A DNA stretch of 64,000 bases, taken from Spirochaetia bacterium (GTDB lineage: Bacteria > Spirochaetota > Spirochaetia > UBA9216). The position numbers were made by a program, and so were the translations under genes. Below the pieces are notes generated by a model. The model saw only the letters and a list, made by a program, of their open reading frames with translations, was not told the origin of the DNA and made no database searches. Positions within the stretch are counted from its first letter, which is position 1. Every line of letters starts with the position of its first letter. Positions 44,087 through 53,207 of this stretch are shown piece after piece. The stretch is from the NCBI GenBank assembly GCA_963675665.1, contig OY776510.1, positions 4,288,001 through 4,352,000 of the forward strand, given 5' to 3'.

Positions 44087-45840
44087 CCTTTTACCTCCTG
44101 TACGGAATCGGATTCCTTCTGATTAATTATAAGGAGTTTTAAAGATTCAGCCATTTCCTTCAGCTGCGCTGATGAAAAACTGCCTGCCTTTGCGGAAACA
44201 GCAAAATTCTCTATCCCGTCCGATATCATTCTCAAAGTCATCAGAATCTGTTCGAAAGACGCTACCTGCTGATTGACTGATCCCTCTATATTGCCAGCGG
44301 ATTCGGAAGAATTTGCCGCAGAGTCCTTAATCTGTCTAAAAACATCACTAAGCTCCCTGGATATTGTTCTTCCTTCATTGATTATATCAGTCCCCTTTTC
44401 TGAGGCTGTAATGACCTCTTCCGAAGATTTTTGAATCTCAATGATCTTTTTCCTGATTTCAGCAGTTGAGGCGACGGTATTATCAGCCAGACGCCTGATT
44501 TCGGTTGCAACAATCTGAAAATTCCTGCCTGCATCCCCGGCTGCCGAAGCCTCAAGTTCGGCATTAAAAGCAATAATCTTTATCTGGTTTGCAACACCGT
44601 TAATTATATTAAGGATGTCCCAGATACTGTTTATCTTGTCGCTCAGTAAACGGAGACCTTCTATGCTCCTGTCGTTTGCTTCGCCTATTTCTTCCATTTT
44701 GGCCAGGCTCATACCGACCTTTGTTTCGCCGGAATCAACTGTAGACTCAGTATCCTCAGCAACAGAAGCCACAAGTTTTATCTTTTCGGCGATATTTCTG
44801 GCCAGCTGGTCCGAATCTTCCATTGTCGATACAATTTCCTTGACTGCCGCAGCCTGCTGATTGGAGGTTGACGACAATTCATGCGAAGAAGACGAAAGGT
44901 CTCCTACTGCACCGGTAATCATTGATACCGCCCGATCTATTTCACTTATCATGTTTCTGAAATTCAATACCGCGATATTTATCAGATGACTGATATAGGC
45001 ATAATCATCCGAAAGGTCGGTGGGAATAATCTCATCAATATCTTCATTGCCGCCGCTCAACCGTGACAATGATTTCTTCAATAGATCGAGCGGCCGCCTC
45101 ATCATCAAAAGAGTCATCAGAATGGAAACAAGAAGGGTAAAAGTGTTTACAATTATTACTCCTCCGATTCTCTTCAGCAGCAAATCCGGGTTGAGACCTG
45201 AAATATATCCGGAGTAAAACGAAAAAAATACAGTGATATTTGTAAACACCATGGGAACTACAAGGAAAAGCATGCTGCGCTTAATCACTCCCAGGCCGAA
45301 AGTTTTTCTGCTTTCGATAAATTTCTCATCAAGAAATCCGCCTGCTGTTATCTGCTGCCCAACAGGCCTGACAAGAATTGAGGTCGCCATATAAGCTGCA
45401 ATAGCGGCAAGATACGAGCCGTAAAAGGCAAGAACAACAGACATCAGACATTTTATGCCTTCGATATTCAGGAAAAAATACATATATCCGATAACAACCA
45501 TGGCTCCTGCGAATATACGGATAAAAAGCAGAATAGAATGCTTCAGCGGGAGCCCCATACTTTCCAGGAAAAGCTTTTTTGCCAGTTTTATGTCGGAGGT
45601 TCCTCCGTTAAAGCTGTCAAGCATGGCAGAAATCTTTTTACCCATAAAAATATTAACAGGCATTGCCGCCCCGCCTACAACTGCAAGGGCAATTATTACA
45701 ACAAATTTCAGAATGCGCGTCACATGGTCCGGCGACATGTCAAGAAGAAGAAGAACATACGCCGAGGCTACCGGAACACCGAAACACAAACCAATTAATT
45801 CAGTCTGAAGAAAATTGAATAGAAATTTGGATCCCTTCAT
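44083..45840 (-). CDS. Methyl-accepting chemotaxis protein with multi-TM membrane-embedded input
   Basis: Several hydrophobic segments with short loops, HAMP-like region, tip IIAFNAELEASAAGDAG. Confidence 0.9.
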   Translation of the reverse strand: MKGSKFLFNFLQTELIGLCFGVPVASAYVLLLLDMSPDHVTRILKFVVIIALAVVGGAAMPVNIFMGKKISAMLDSFNGGTSDIKLAKKLFLESMGLPLKHSILLFIRIFAGAMVVIGYMYFFLNIEGIKCLMSVVLAFYGSYLAAIAAYMATSILVRPVGQQITAGGFLDEKFIESRKTFGLGVIKRSMLFLVVPMVFTNITVFFSFYSGYISGLNPDLLLKRIGGVIIVNTFTLLVSILMTLLMMRRPLDLLKKSLSRLSGGNEDIDEIIPTDLSDDYAYISHLINIAVLNFRNMISEIDRAVSMITGAVGDLSSSSHELSSTSNQQAAAVKEIVSTMEDSDQLARNIAEKIKLVASVAEDTESTVDSGETKVGMSLAKMEEIGEANDRSIEGLRLLSDKINSIWDILNIINGVANQIKIIAFNAELEASAAGDAGRNFQIVATEIRRLADNTVASTAEIRKKIIEIQKSSEEVITASEKGTDIINEGRTISRELSDVFRQIKDSAANSSESAGNIEGSVNQQVASFEQILMTLRMISDGIENFAVSAKAGSFSSAQLKEMAESLKLLIINQKESDSVQEVKG

Positions 45841-46262
45841 CAGTTTTCCCCGGCATCATTGAACACATTATGTTCATCAACAAGATAGATTTTCCGCATT
45901 CCGTCGGAAAAACCGATACGCTTGATCAAAATATCAATGAAGGCCTTATCATCATTATTTATATCAGAAAAACTGCATCCGACTTCATACATGCCCGGAT
46001 TCTCGGCTTCACGGCACCATTTCACTTCAGCCTCAAGATCCAGCCTTGTCCTGTCAAGACTGAGCGATTCAGGAATAATTATCCCGAGACGTAGAGCTTT
46101 GCCCTGTTTAATTTCGGACTTCATGACTAAAAGTATCCCGGAAGAGTTGATATCTCCCAGCTTTGCTATCGGCTGATTCTTTTTCAGATCATTAACAGTC
46201 AGATAATATAAAAGATGCCTTCTGACCTCGGACCGGCTCTCATTGTTATTATATTTTTTCAT
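45840..46262 (-). CDS. Stand-alone PilZ domain protein
   Basis: RSEVR (RxxxR), DINSSG, AEVKWCR..YEVGCSF; stop overlaps the MCP start. Confidence 0.8.
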   Translation of the reverse strand: MKKYNNNESRSEVRRHLLYYLTVNDLKKNQPIAKLGDINSSGILLVMKSEIKQGKALRLGIIIPESLSLDRTRLDLEAEVKWCREAENPGMYEVGCSFSDINNDDKAFIDILIKRIGFSDGMRKIYLVDEHNVFNDAGEN

Positions 46263-46332
46263 AGTATAAATTATTCATAATGATGTATAAAAAAGCAAAC
46301 CTTTTTACTGAAATAATTTTTATATTGCATAA

Positions 46333-47856
46333 TCAAAGCGGCTCCACCCTGACGACACCGTTTTTTTTATCAAGCTTGAACCTTACCGAGCCGAGTTCCC
46401 GGTTTACAACATATGAAATATGGCAAATCTCAATATAGACCCCCGGATACACTGTATTTCTTACGACGACTTCAGCGTTGTCGTTTTTATCGAGTTTATA
46501 AACAAGATTTGACGAGTTATTGTTCAATTGCCTGAGAGTCGACTGAAGTCTGTCGCGCAGCTCAATCAGTTTGGGATTTTGCTCACCGGATTTTGAAATT
46601 TGTTCTCTAACCTGATTAAGCTTTGTCGCTACCTGTATGGCATTATCCCTTAACCACTTAAGTTTATTCTCTATAACATAATCAACTCCGCAATATATCT
46701 CGGTTCTGGGGCCCATGGAAGAACCTATCTGGGTTGCAATCAATCCGTTCTGTGCATAAATACACCCCCCTACAATCACACCTTTTTTACCGAGAGTAAT
46801 CTTGTCGCTTGTAAAGATTTCCGAATTCATAATACCGGCTTCAAGGATAATAAGCCCGTGCGATTCAACAAAGCAGTTTTCAATAAACTTGGCCTTGATT
46901 TTACCGCCTGCTTTAACCCTGCCTTTCTTTCGTCCGATAATACCCATTCCTACATATAAATCATTTTCACAATTAATAACGGATGCATCCAAAGTTCCGG
47001 CAGTATACAACGATCCGCCCGCTTTTATTTTAAAACCGTCCTGTATTTGCCCCTTGATAATTATATCTCCGGGGAATTCAACGTTTCCGGTACTGTAATC
47101 GACATTCGAGGAAATCTGAAGCACTTCATTTACGTAAAAACCTTTGCTGTCCTGCTCGAATGTTCCATCACACTCGGAGATTACCTTATTCTCGGAAATT
47201 GCAGTGTTCTTGCCCGGCACTAAAACCGTGATATTCTTTGTTGAAAATTGTATTTCCTTGCCGAATACGGTATATCCATATTCGCCCTGTTGCTCAGGAA
47301 TAATCTGCGCAAGGACCTGGCCTTTTTTTACCAATTTAAAAGGACTTATTTCCTTGTAGTCTATTCGTGTTAATCCCTCGGTATTCTTTTTACCGGTTAA
47401 AACAAGTTCATCAGACAATACAAAGTGTTTCGGGATATGTTTAACAGGCGTTTTGCCCCTTGCTATAATGATATTTTTTAAAATCTTGAACTCTGTATTG
47501 CATGTTAATATTGATTCCTTTATAACGTCCGCTTCAATGCCGAAAACAACATTTTTAGCAGCAAGAGCCTGGGCAACATTTTCATAAACAACAGGTTTCA
47601 TACCTTCAGTGGGGGGATAAAAATCGGCAACAACATTCATCTCATCAGTTGAAATATTAATTTCAACTGTTCCGTCTGATTTATATTCCTGACCTTCATA
47701 CTCATTCTCCACAAAAACTTCATGGGCCTTATCCGAAATTTCATCTTCAATGTAATGATCAGTCCCTTCGTGATTTTCCAGATATTCAAGTTCATTAAGC
47801 AAATTCTCTGTCTGAGAAAGCAGATCTTCCAAAAAATAATTATTTTTTTCACTCAT
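46333..47856 (-). CDS. FapA/DUF342-family protein
   Basis: IARGKTP, IDYKE, VKKGQVLA, VDYSTGNVEFPGDIIIKG, IYCGVDY. Confidence 0.88.
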   Translation of the reverse strand: MSEKNNYFLEDLLSQTENLLNELEYLENHEGTDHYIEDEISDKAHEVFVENEYEGQEYKSDGTVEINISTDEMNVVADFYPPTEGMKPVVYENVAQALAAKNVVFGIEADVIKESILTCNTEFKILKNIIIARGKTPVKHIPKHFVLSDELVLTGKKNTEGLTRIDYKEISPFKLVKKGQVLAQIIPEQQGEYGYTVFGKEIQFSTKNITVLVPGKNTAISENKVISECDGTFEQDSKGFYVNEVLQISSNVDYSTGNVEFPGDIIIKGQIQDGFKIKAGGSLYTAGTLDASVINCENDLYVGMGIIGRKKGRVKAGGKIKAKFIENCFVESHGLIILEAGIMNSEIFTSDKITLGKKGVIVGGCIYAQNGLIATQIGSSMGPRTEIYCGVDYVIENKLKWLRDNAIQVATKLNQVREQISKSGEQNPKLIELRDRLQSTLRQLNNNSSNLVYKLDKNDNAEVVVRNTVYPGVYIEICHISYVVNRELGSVRFKLDKKNGVVRVEPL

Positions 47857-47859
47857 AAA

Positions 47860-48213
47860 TTACTTCTCTCTTAAAAAATCGAGAATCTTTCCAATCTCAA
47901 AAGGTTTTTTCAGAACGCCCTTCGCCCCGGCATCCAGAGCCTCTCTTACTATGGGATCTCCCGGAAAAGCAGTGATGATCATTATATTTGATTCGGGTTT
48001 CTCTCTCATGATAGTCTTTGTTACCAGTGCACCGTTCTTTTCCGGCATTCGCATATCAATCATAATAAGATCATAATCTTCAGCTAAAGCAGCCTTTTCA
48101 CCTTCAGAAGACCTTGAATAGGTTTCAACCTCATAACCCATATCATCAAGGATTGTTTTTACAGCCTCAAGAATAGGGATTTCATCGTCAATTACCAGCA
48201 ATCTTTTTTTCAT
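47860..48213 (-). CDS. Single-domain response regulator
   Basis: IDDE, IDMRMP, ITA, KPF; AAGGAGG SD. Confidence 0.9.
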   Translation of the reverse strand: MKKRLLVIDDEIPILEAVKTILDDMGYEVETYSRSSEGEKAALAEDYDLIMIDMRMPEKNGALVTKTIMREKPESNIMIITAFPGDPIVREALDAGAKGVLKKPFEIGKILDFLREK

Positions 48214-48270
48214 ACATCCTCCTTGATAATTAATTATTATCCATTTGAATATCAATTAAAATATACATCT

Positions 48271-50079
48271 TCAGTCAGAAACAGTAAGGTAGATAAAAAA
48301 TGAAGTTCCTTTATCCATTTCCGTTTCAAGACCAATAGCTCCTCCATGCTTCTGAACTATTCCATATACCCTGGAAAGCCCGATGCCGGCCCCGCTTCCA
48401 AAATCCTTGGAAGTAAAATACGGTTCAAAAATCCTTTCAATCAGTTCCTCTTCAATACCCCTTCCTTTGTCGATGATGCTGATGCAGGCAGTTACTGCCG
48501 AATCATCCTTCAAAAAGTTGTAGATTAGCTTTCCGGGTTTTTCAATTGCGGCTGTTATCAGGATCTCGCTTCCGCTTTCCGATGCATTAATACTGTTTGT
48601 AAGTAGTTCCGACATCATCTCTTTAAACAGGTTCTGATCAATGGAAACGCCGATATCATCATCCATACTGAAGAATCTTATACTGATGTTTTCTCTATTT
48701 TCTTCCCTGAATTCATTCAGGAAATCAGACAGGCAATTTACAATATTTATCTTCTCAAAATGAACATCATAAGAGCCTATCGAAGTCATTAACCCCTGGA
48801 GAATACTGTCGGCCTTTTCTACGCCGCTGGTAATCCGGTTTACGGAATTCTGCAATACCTTATCTTCTGATTTTAATTTAATGACCTGCGCATGACCGTG
48901 AATACCTGCAAGGATGTTATTAATATCATGGGCCATACCTGCCGCAAGTTTTGTAATGGAATCAAGATGTCTGCTTCTTGTTTCAAGAGACATCAGTTGT
49001 TTCTGTTTATCTTCCAATTCCAGCAAGGTTGTAATATCCATAAATGAGCCTTCGATTGCCTCATTTCCATCCAGATCCGATATAATGTGCGCAGTTATTA
49101 ATACTATTAACTTTTCTCCATTTTCATTTGTTAAATTTGTTTGCAGGTTTTTTATAACCTTATCTGTTTCAAGCTTGCTGAAAAAATATTCCAATTCAAT
49201 TTCATTCCTGAATACATCTCTAAGATTCTTTTTATGAAGTTCTCCGGTATTGTCTACACCAATTATCTTTTTCAGGGCAGAATTACTGGACTTGAAATTT
49301 CCCTGCGTATCGCAACTAAACATGGGAACAGGCAATTCTTCAAAAAGGTATCTGTACTTCTTTGTGCTTTTCGCCAGTTTCTGCTCGGTATCTCTGAGGA
49401 TTCGGATATCGCTGAAACTTTCTATCAGCAACGCTCTTTTGTCAATCTCGAATTTCCTGACGTTCTTTATTACAGGGACCACCTCATTCCTGTTGTTTAT
49501 GATAAACCGTTCAGAACTGTCAACTTCCTGATGCAAATCAGTAACAGGACATTCGCCCTTTTTTGTTGTACAGATATGGGAAAAGCATTCTGCTCCGATT
49601 AATTCATCTTTACTTTTTCCGATGAGCATTTCAGCCGAAGGATTAATATCAATAATCCTGTGTTCTTCCGGTTCAATAATTACCAGTCCGTCGGGAATGG
49701 CTTCAAAAAGGATTCTCCAGTTCGCCTCTTTTTGCGCAAGAAGATCTTTTGCTTTTTTTAATTTTTTATAATTTAAAAACACAATACCCAACATTACGCC
49801 GAAACATATAAGTACCGCACAGGGAAGAACCAGCGACTGTGTTAGCAGTTTCGGATCTCTGTACCATGTCAGGGACAGTATTGTAAAATTTGATAATAAC
49901 GCCGTAACCGTTCCGCCGGCAATCTGCCAGAAAAAAGCGCCGGCAAAAACAGGCAACATAAAAAAGGGAGCAGCTTTTCTGGGGTCAGCCAAAAAATCCA
50001 GCGAAAACAACAGCACTGCCGGGATAAAAGCGAAAATCATTATACCTGTTTTAAAGACTATCTTATTCCGTTGTCTCAT
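48271..50079 (-). CDS. Membrane-bound PAS-PAS histidine kinase
   Basis: N-terminal TMs, two PAS domains, GMAHDINN, DKGRG, EPYFTSK, GIGLS. Confidence 0.9.
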   Translation of the reverse strand: MRQRNKIVFKTGIMIFAFIPAVLLFSLDFLADPRKAAPFFMLPVFAGAFFWQIAGGTVTALLSNFTILSLTWYRDPKLLTQSLVLPCAVLICFGVMLGIVFLNYKKLKKAKDLLAQKEANWRILFEAIPDGLVIIEPEEHRIIDINPSAEMLIGKSKDELIGAECFSHICTTKKGECPVTDLHQEVDSSERFIINNRNEVVPVIKNVRKFEIDKRALLIESFSDIRILRDTEQKLAKSTKKYRYLFEELPVPMFSCDTQGNFKSSNSALKKIIGVDNTGELHKKNLRDVFRNEIELEYFFSKLETDKVIKNLQTNLTNENGEKLIVLITAHIISDLDGNEAIEGSFMDITTLLELEDKQKQLMSLETRSRHLDSITKLAAGMAHDINNILAGIHGHAQVIKLKSEDKVLQNSVNRITSGVEKADSILQGLMTSIGSYDVHFEKINIVNCLSDFLNEFREENRENISIRFFSMDDDIGVSIDQNLFKEMMSELLTNSINASESGSEILITAAIEKPGKLIYNFLKDDSAVTACISIIDKGRGIEEELIERIFEPYFTSKDFGSGAGIGLSRVYGIVQKHGGAIGLETEMDKGTSFFIYLTVSD

Positions 50080-51811
50080 AATTTATCTCCACCGGCAGCT
50101 CAATAAAAAATGTTGTATATTCATCTTCAGCTGATCGACAATACAGATTGCCTTTATGCTCTTTAATGATGCTGTGACTTATCGAAAGGCCCAATCCTGT
50201 CCCCTTTGTCCTGTCTTTTGTCGTGAAAAACGGTTCAAAAATTTTCTGCCGGTTTTCCTCTTTTATTCCCGCACCAAAATCTTTTACCGTAATTCTGATA
50301 AATTCATTTTCATTAACTAATAATTCCGAAACATTTATCTCAATTATCTTTTCAGGATTATATTCACTGAACTTCTCATTTAATGCGTCACAGGCATTTG
50401 TTAAAAGATTCATAAGGACCTGTTCAACCTCTCCCCTTCTGCAGCATATTTCCGGAAGATTTTCGGGAATATCTTTTTTAATCACAACATGGCTGCGCTT
50501 CGCATAAGCTCCGATAATGGTGATAACATAATCAATCATTTCTATAACTTTTACTTTCTCCAACTTACTCTGCTGATCAGCCCTTGCAAACTGCAACAGG
50601 TTTCTGACTATAACTGCAATTCTCTCAGTTTCTTTGGTTATTGCATTGGAAAATTCCCTGATTTCTGCAGAACAACTTTCATCATCCCTGATCAGCTGGG
50701 CGTAATTCATTATGCCGTTTATGGGATTGTTGATTTCATGCGCAACTCCTCCGGCCAGAATTCCAATCGACTCCAGTTTTTGCTGCTGCATCATCTTTGC
50801 TTCAATTTGACGTCTTTCTTCAAGCAGTTTTTCTTTTTCTTCGATTTCATTCTTCAGTTCGCCGGTTCTCTCTTCCACCAGTTTTTCCAGCCTGCTTTGA
50901 TATTCCGCCAGTTTCTCCTCAGTCAGTTTTCTGATGCTTATGTCCCGTATTACTCCCACCGTGCCTATTAATACTTTTTTCTTTTGTGAATGGCCTGTTG
51001 TTATGCCTGAACTGTTTACCTCAGCCATAGTATATCCATTTCGCATAATGAATGACTTACTTAACGGCGCACTGTATTTATTATTTATGAGCAACCTGAT
51101 TTCCAGCTCTGTTGTTTTTCGATCTCCGGAACGTCTTTCATCAAACAGCTTCACAGTTTGATTTGCATTACTGTTATGATTTTTCAGTTTTTTAATAACA
51201 ATTTCACGGCTAACGTTGTCAACATCATCCGGATGAATTATTTTGCTAAAATGACTTCCGATAAGTTCTGCGGGGGTATATCCCAGATTTTCAATAGCCT
51301 CGTTGACATAAGTGAAATAACCTTCGTCATTAATCCGGTAAACGATGTCCGGTATCGTTCTGACCAAACTTCTGAAACGTTCTTCAGAGGCGGCTAACAT
51401 ATCCAATTTTTCCAATAACTCGGTATTAACCCTGTTTAATTCCAGAAAGATGTTAACCTTGCATCTAAGATGCTCCGGGTTATACGGTTTGACAATAAAA
51501 TCTACAGCACCGGCTTCATAACCCTTAAATACATGTGTTTCATCAGAATATACCGCAGACATAAAGATTATAGGCATATTTCTGGTTTTCAGATCACTGC
51601 GTAAGAGTTCTGCAAGCTCATAACCGTTAATCTCAGGCATTTGTACATCAAGAATCGCAAGAGCAAACTGATTATTAATTGCAGCCCGTAAAGCCTCTTC
51701 CCCGCTGCCGGCACTTATTATTTCAGCATCTATATGTTTCAGACTTTTAGTGAGCACAATGAGGTTTTCCCTCCTGTCGTCCACAATCAGGATTTTCTGC
51801 TTAGTCTTCAT
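50063..51811 (-). CDS. REC-PAS-histidine kinase
   Basis: VDD..LDVQMP; PAS IHPDD; GVAHEINNP; NLLTNA; GTGLGL. Confidence 0.92.
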   Translation of the reverse strand: MKTKQKILIVDDRRENLIVLTKSLKHIDAEIISAGSGEEALRAAINNQFALAILDVQMPEINGYELAELLRSDLKTRNMPIIFMSAVYSDETHVFKGYEAGAVDFIVKPYNPEHLRCKVNIFLELNRVNTELLEKLDMLAASEERFRSLVRTIPDIVYRINDEGYFTYVNEAIENLGYTPAELIGSHFSKIIHPDDVDNVSREIVIKKLKNHNSNANQTVKLFDERRSGDRKTTELEIRLLINNKYSAPLSKSFIMRNGYTMAEVNSSGITTGHSQKKKVLIGTVGVIRDISIRKLTEEKLAEYQSRLEKLVEERTGELKNEIEEKEKLLEERRQIEAKMMQQQKLESIGILAGGVAHEINNPINGIMNYAQLIRDDESCSAEIREFSNAITKETERIAVIVRNLLQFARADQQSKLEKVKVIEMIDYVITIIGAYAKRSHVVIKKDIPENLPEICCRRGEVEQVLMNLLTNACDALNEKFSEYNPEKIIEINVSELLVNENEFIRITVKDFGAGIKEENRQKIFEPFFTTKDRTKGTGLGLSISHSIIKEHKGNLYCRSAEDEYTTFFIELPVEINYETTE

Positions 51812-52382
51812 CAGTTCCCCCTGTCAGACGCACAAGCAAATCTGCAATTTCTCCGGATTTTGCAATATAATCAGCACCTGCAGTATTGACAGCAGCTTGC
51901 GGCATTACAGAACAATAAGCAGTTTCAGGATCCTGAATAACAGCAAGGCCGCCGAATGAGCGAATTTTCTTTAAACCCTGTGCGCCGTCCGAATTAGCCC
52001 CGGTTAAAATTACTCCGATTGCAGCTCTGCCGTATGCCATTGCAACGCTTTCAAACAGCACATCGATTGAGGGCCTTGAGTAATTTACTTTCTCTTCAAC
52101 AGATAATGAAAAGGTTGAGTCAGCATTTATCAACAAATGGTAGTTAGCCGGGGCAACATAAACTACACCCGAATGGAATTCCTGCTTGTCTTCAGCTTCT
52201 TTTACTTCAGCTGCAATTTTCTCATTCAATACATTAGCAAAACTGAAACCTGTATCGCTACTTATATGTTGGGCAATAACAATAGGGACTGTCAATGAAA
52301 CGTTGTATAGAATTTCCGACAGAACCTCTATTCCGCCGGCTGACGAACCCATAACAACCAATTTATAATTACCCTTTATCAT
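51801..52382 (-). CDS. cheB: CheB methylesterase lacking REC
   Basis: GSSAGG, AQH, SRPSIDVLF, LTGANSDG. Confidence 0.9.
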   Translation of the reverse strand: MIKGNYKLVVMGSSAGGIEVLSEILYNVSLTVPIVIAQHISSDTGFSFANVLNEKIAAEVKEAEDKQEFHSGVVYVAPANYHLLINADSTFSLSVEEKVNYSRPSIDVLFESVAMAYGRAAIGVILTGANSDGAQGLKKIRSFGGLAVIQDPETAYCSVMPQAAVNTAGADYIAKSGEIADLLVRLTGGTDED

Positions 52383-53206
52383 AGTTTTTTCTTCTTATAG
52401 ATTCGTTTAGCGTGGTCCAGCATATCAAAATATTCATTTACGTTACTGTATGCCAGGCTCTCCTTTGTCCCGATACATAAATATCCGCTGCGGACAATAC
52501 TGTCGGTCAGCATTTTCAGCACCCTGTTTTGGAGCTCAGTATTGAAGTAAATCAACACATTTCTGCAAAGAACCAGGTTCATCTCACCGAAAGAGCTGTC
52601 GCAGACAAGGTTATGGTTTGTGAATATTATTTTCTTTTTAAGTTGCTCATTCATTATTACAGAATCATAGCCGGCATGATAGTAATTTGAAAAATCCTCT
52701 ATTCCGCCGGAATTTTGATAGTTTCGAATAAAGTCTTTAACCCTTTTTATATCATAAATACCTTTACTTGCAATATTGAGTGAAGAATCGTTAAAATCGG
52801 TAGCATATATTTTTACTCTTTCATAAAGCCCGGTCTCGCAGCATAAAATTGCAAGTGAATATGCTTCCTCACCCGTTGCGCATCCCGCCGTCCAGATTTT
52901 TACACTGGAGTAGGACTTAAGAAGCGGCAAAACCTCATCACGCAGATATTTAAAAACCCCGGGGTCACGAAACATCTCGGAGACAGGTATAGACAGATAC
53001 TGAACCAGCTCAGACATAAGATCAGGATTACGAAGAAGATCGGGAATAACAGATGAAATATGAATATAGTTCTTCTTTTCGCAGAATAAACTCAACCTAC
53101 GGTAGACTGAAGCCTTCGAATATGAGTAGAAATCATAACCGTATCTGTTGTTCAAGGCTTTTATTACGAGCTCCATTTCAATTTGCTCAAGTTCTCTGTC
53201 TTCCAA
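52379..53206 (-). CDS. cheR: CheR methyltransferase
   Basis: YGYDF, SEMFRDP, IWTAGCATGEE, CRNVLIYF; TTG start right after the kinase stop. Confidence 0.92.
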   Translation of the reverse strand: MEDRELEQIEMELVIKALNNRYGYDFYSYSKASVYRRLSLFCEKKNYIHISSVIPDLLRNPDLMSELVQYLSIPVSEMFRDPGVFKYLRDEVLPLLKSYSSVKIWTAGCATGEEAYSLAILCCETGLYERVKIYATDFNDSSLNIASKGIYDIKRVKDFIRNYQNSGGIEDFSNYYHAGYDSVIMNEQLKKKIIFTNHNLVCDSSFGEMNLVLCRNVLIYFNTELQNRVLKMLTDSIVRSGYLCIGTKESLAYSNVNEYFDMLDHAKRIYKKKKL

Positions 53207-53207
53207 C

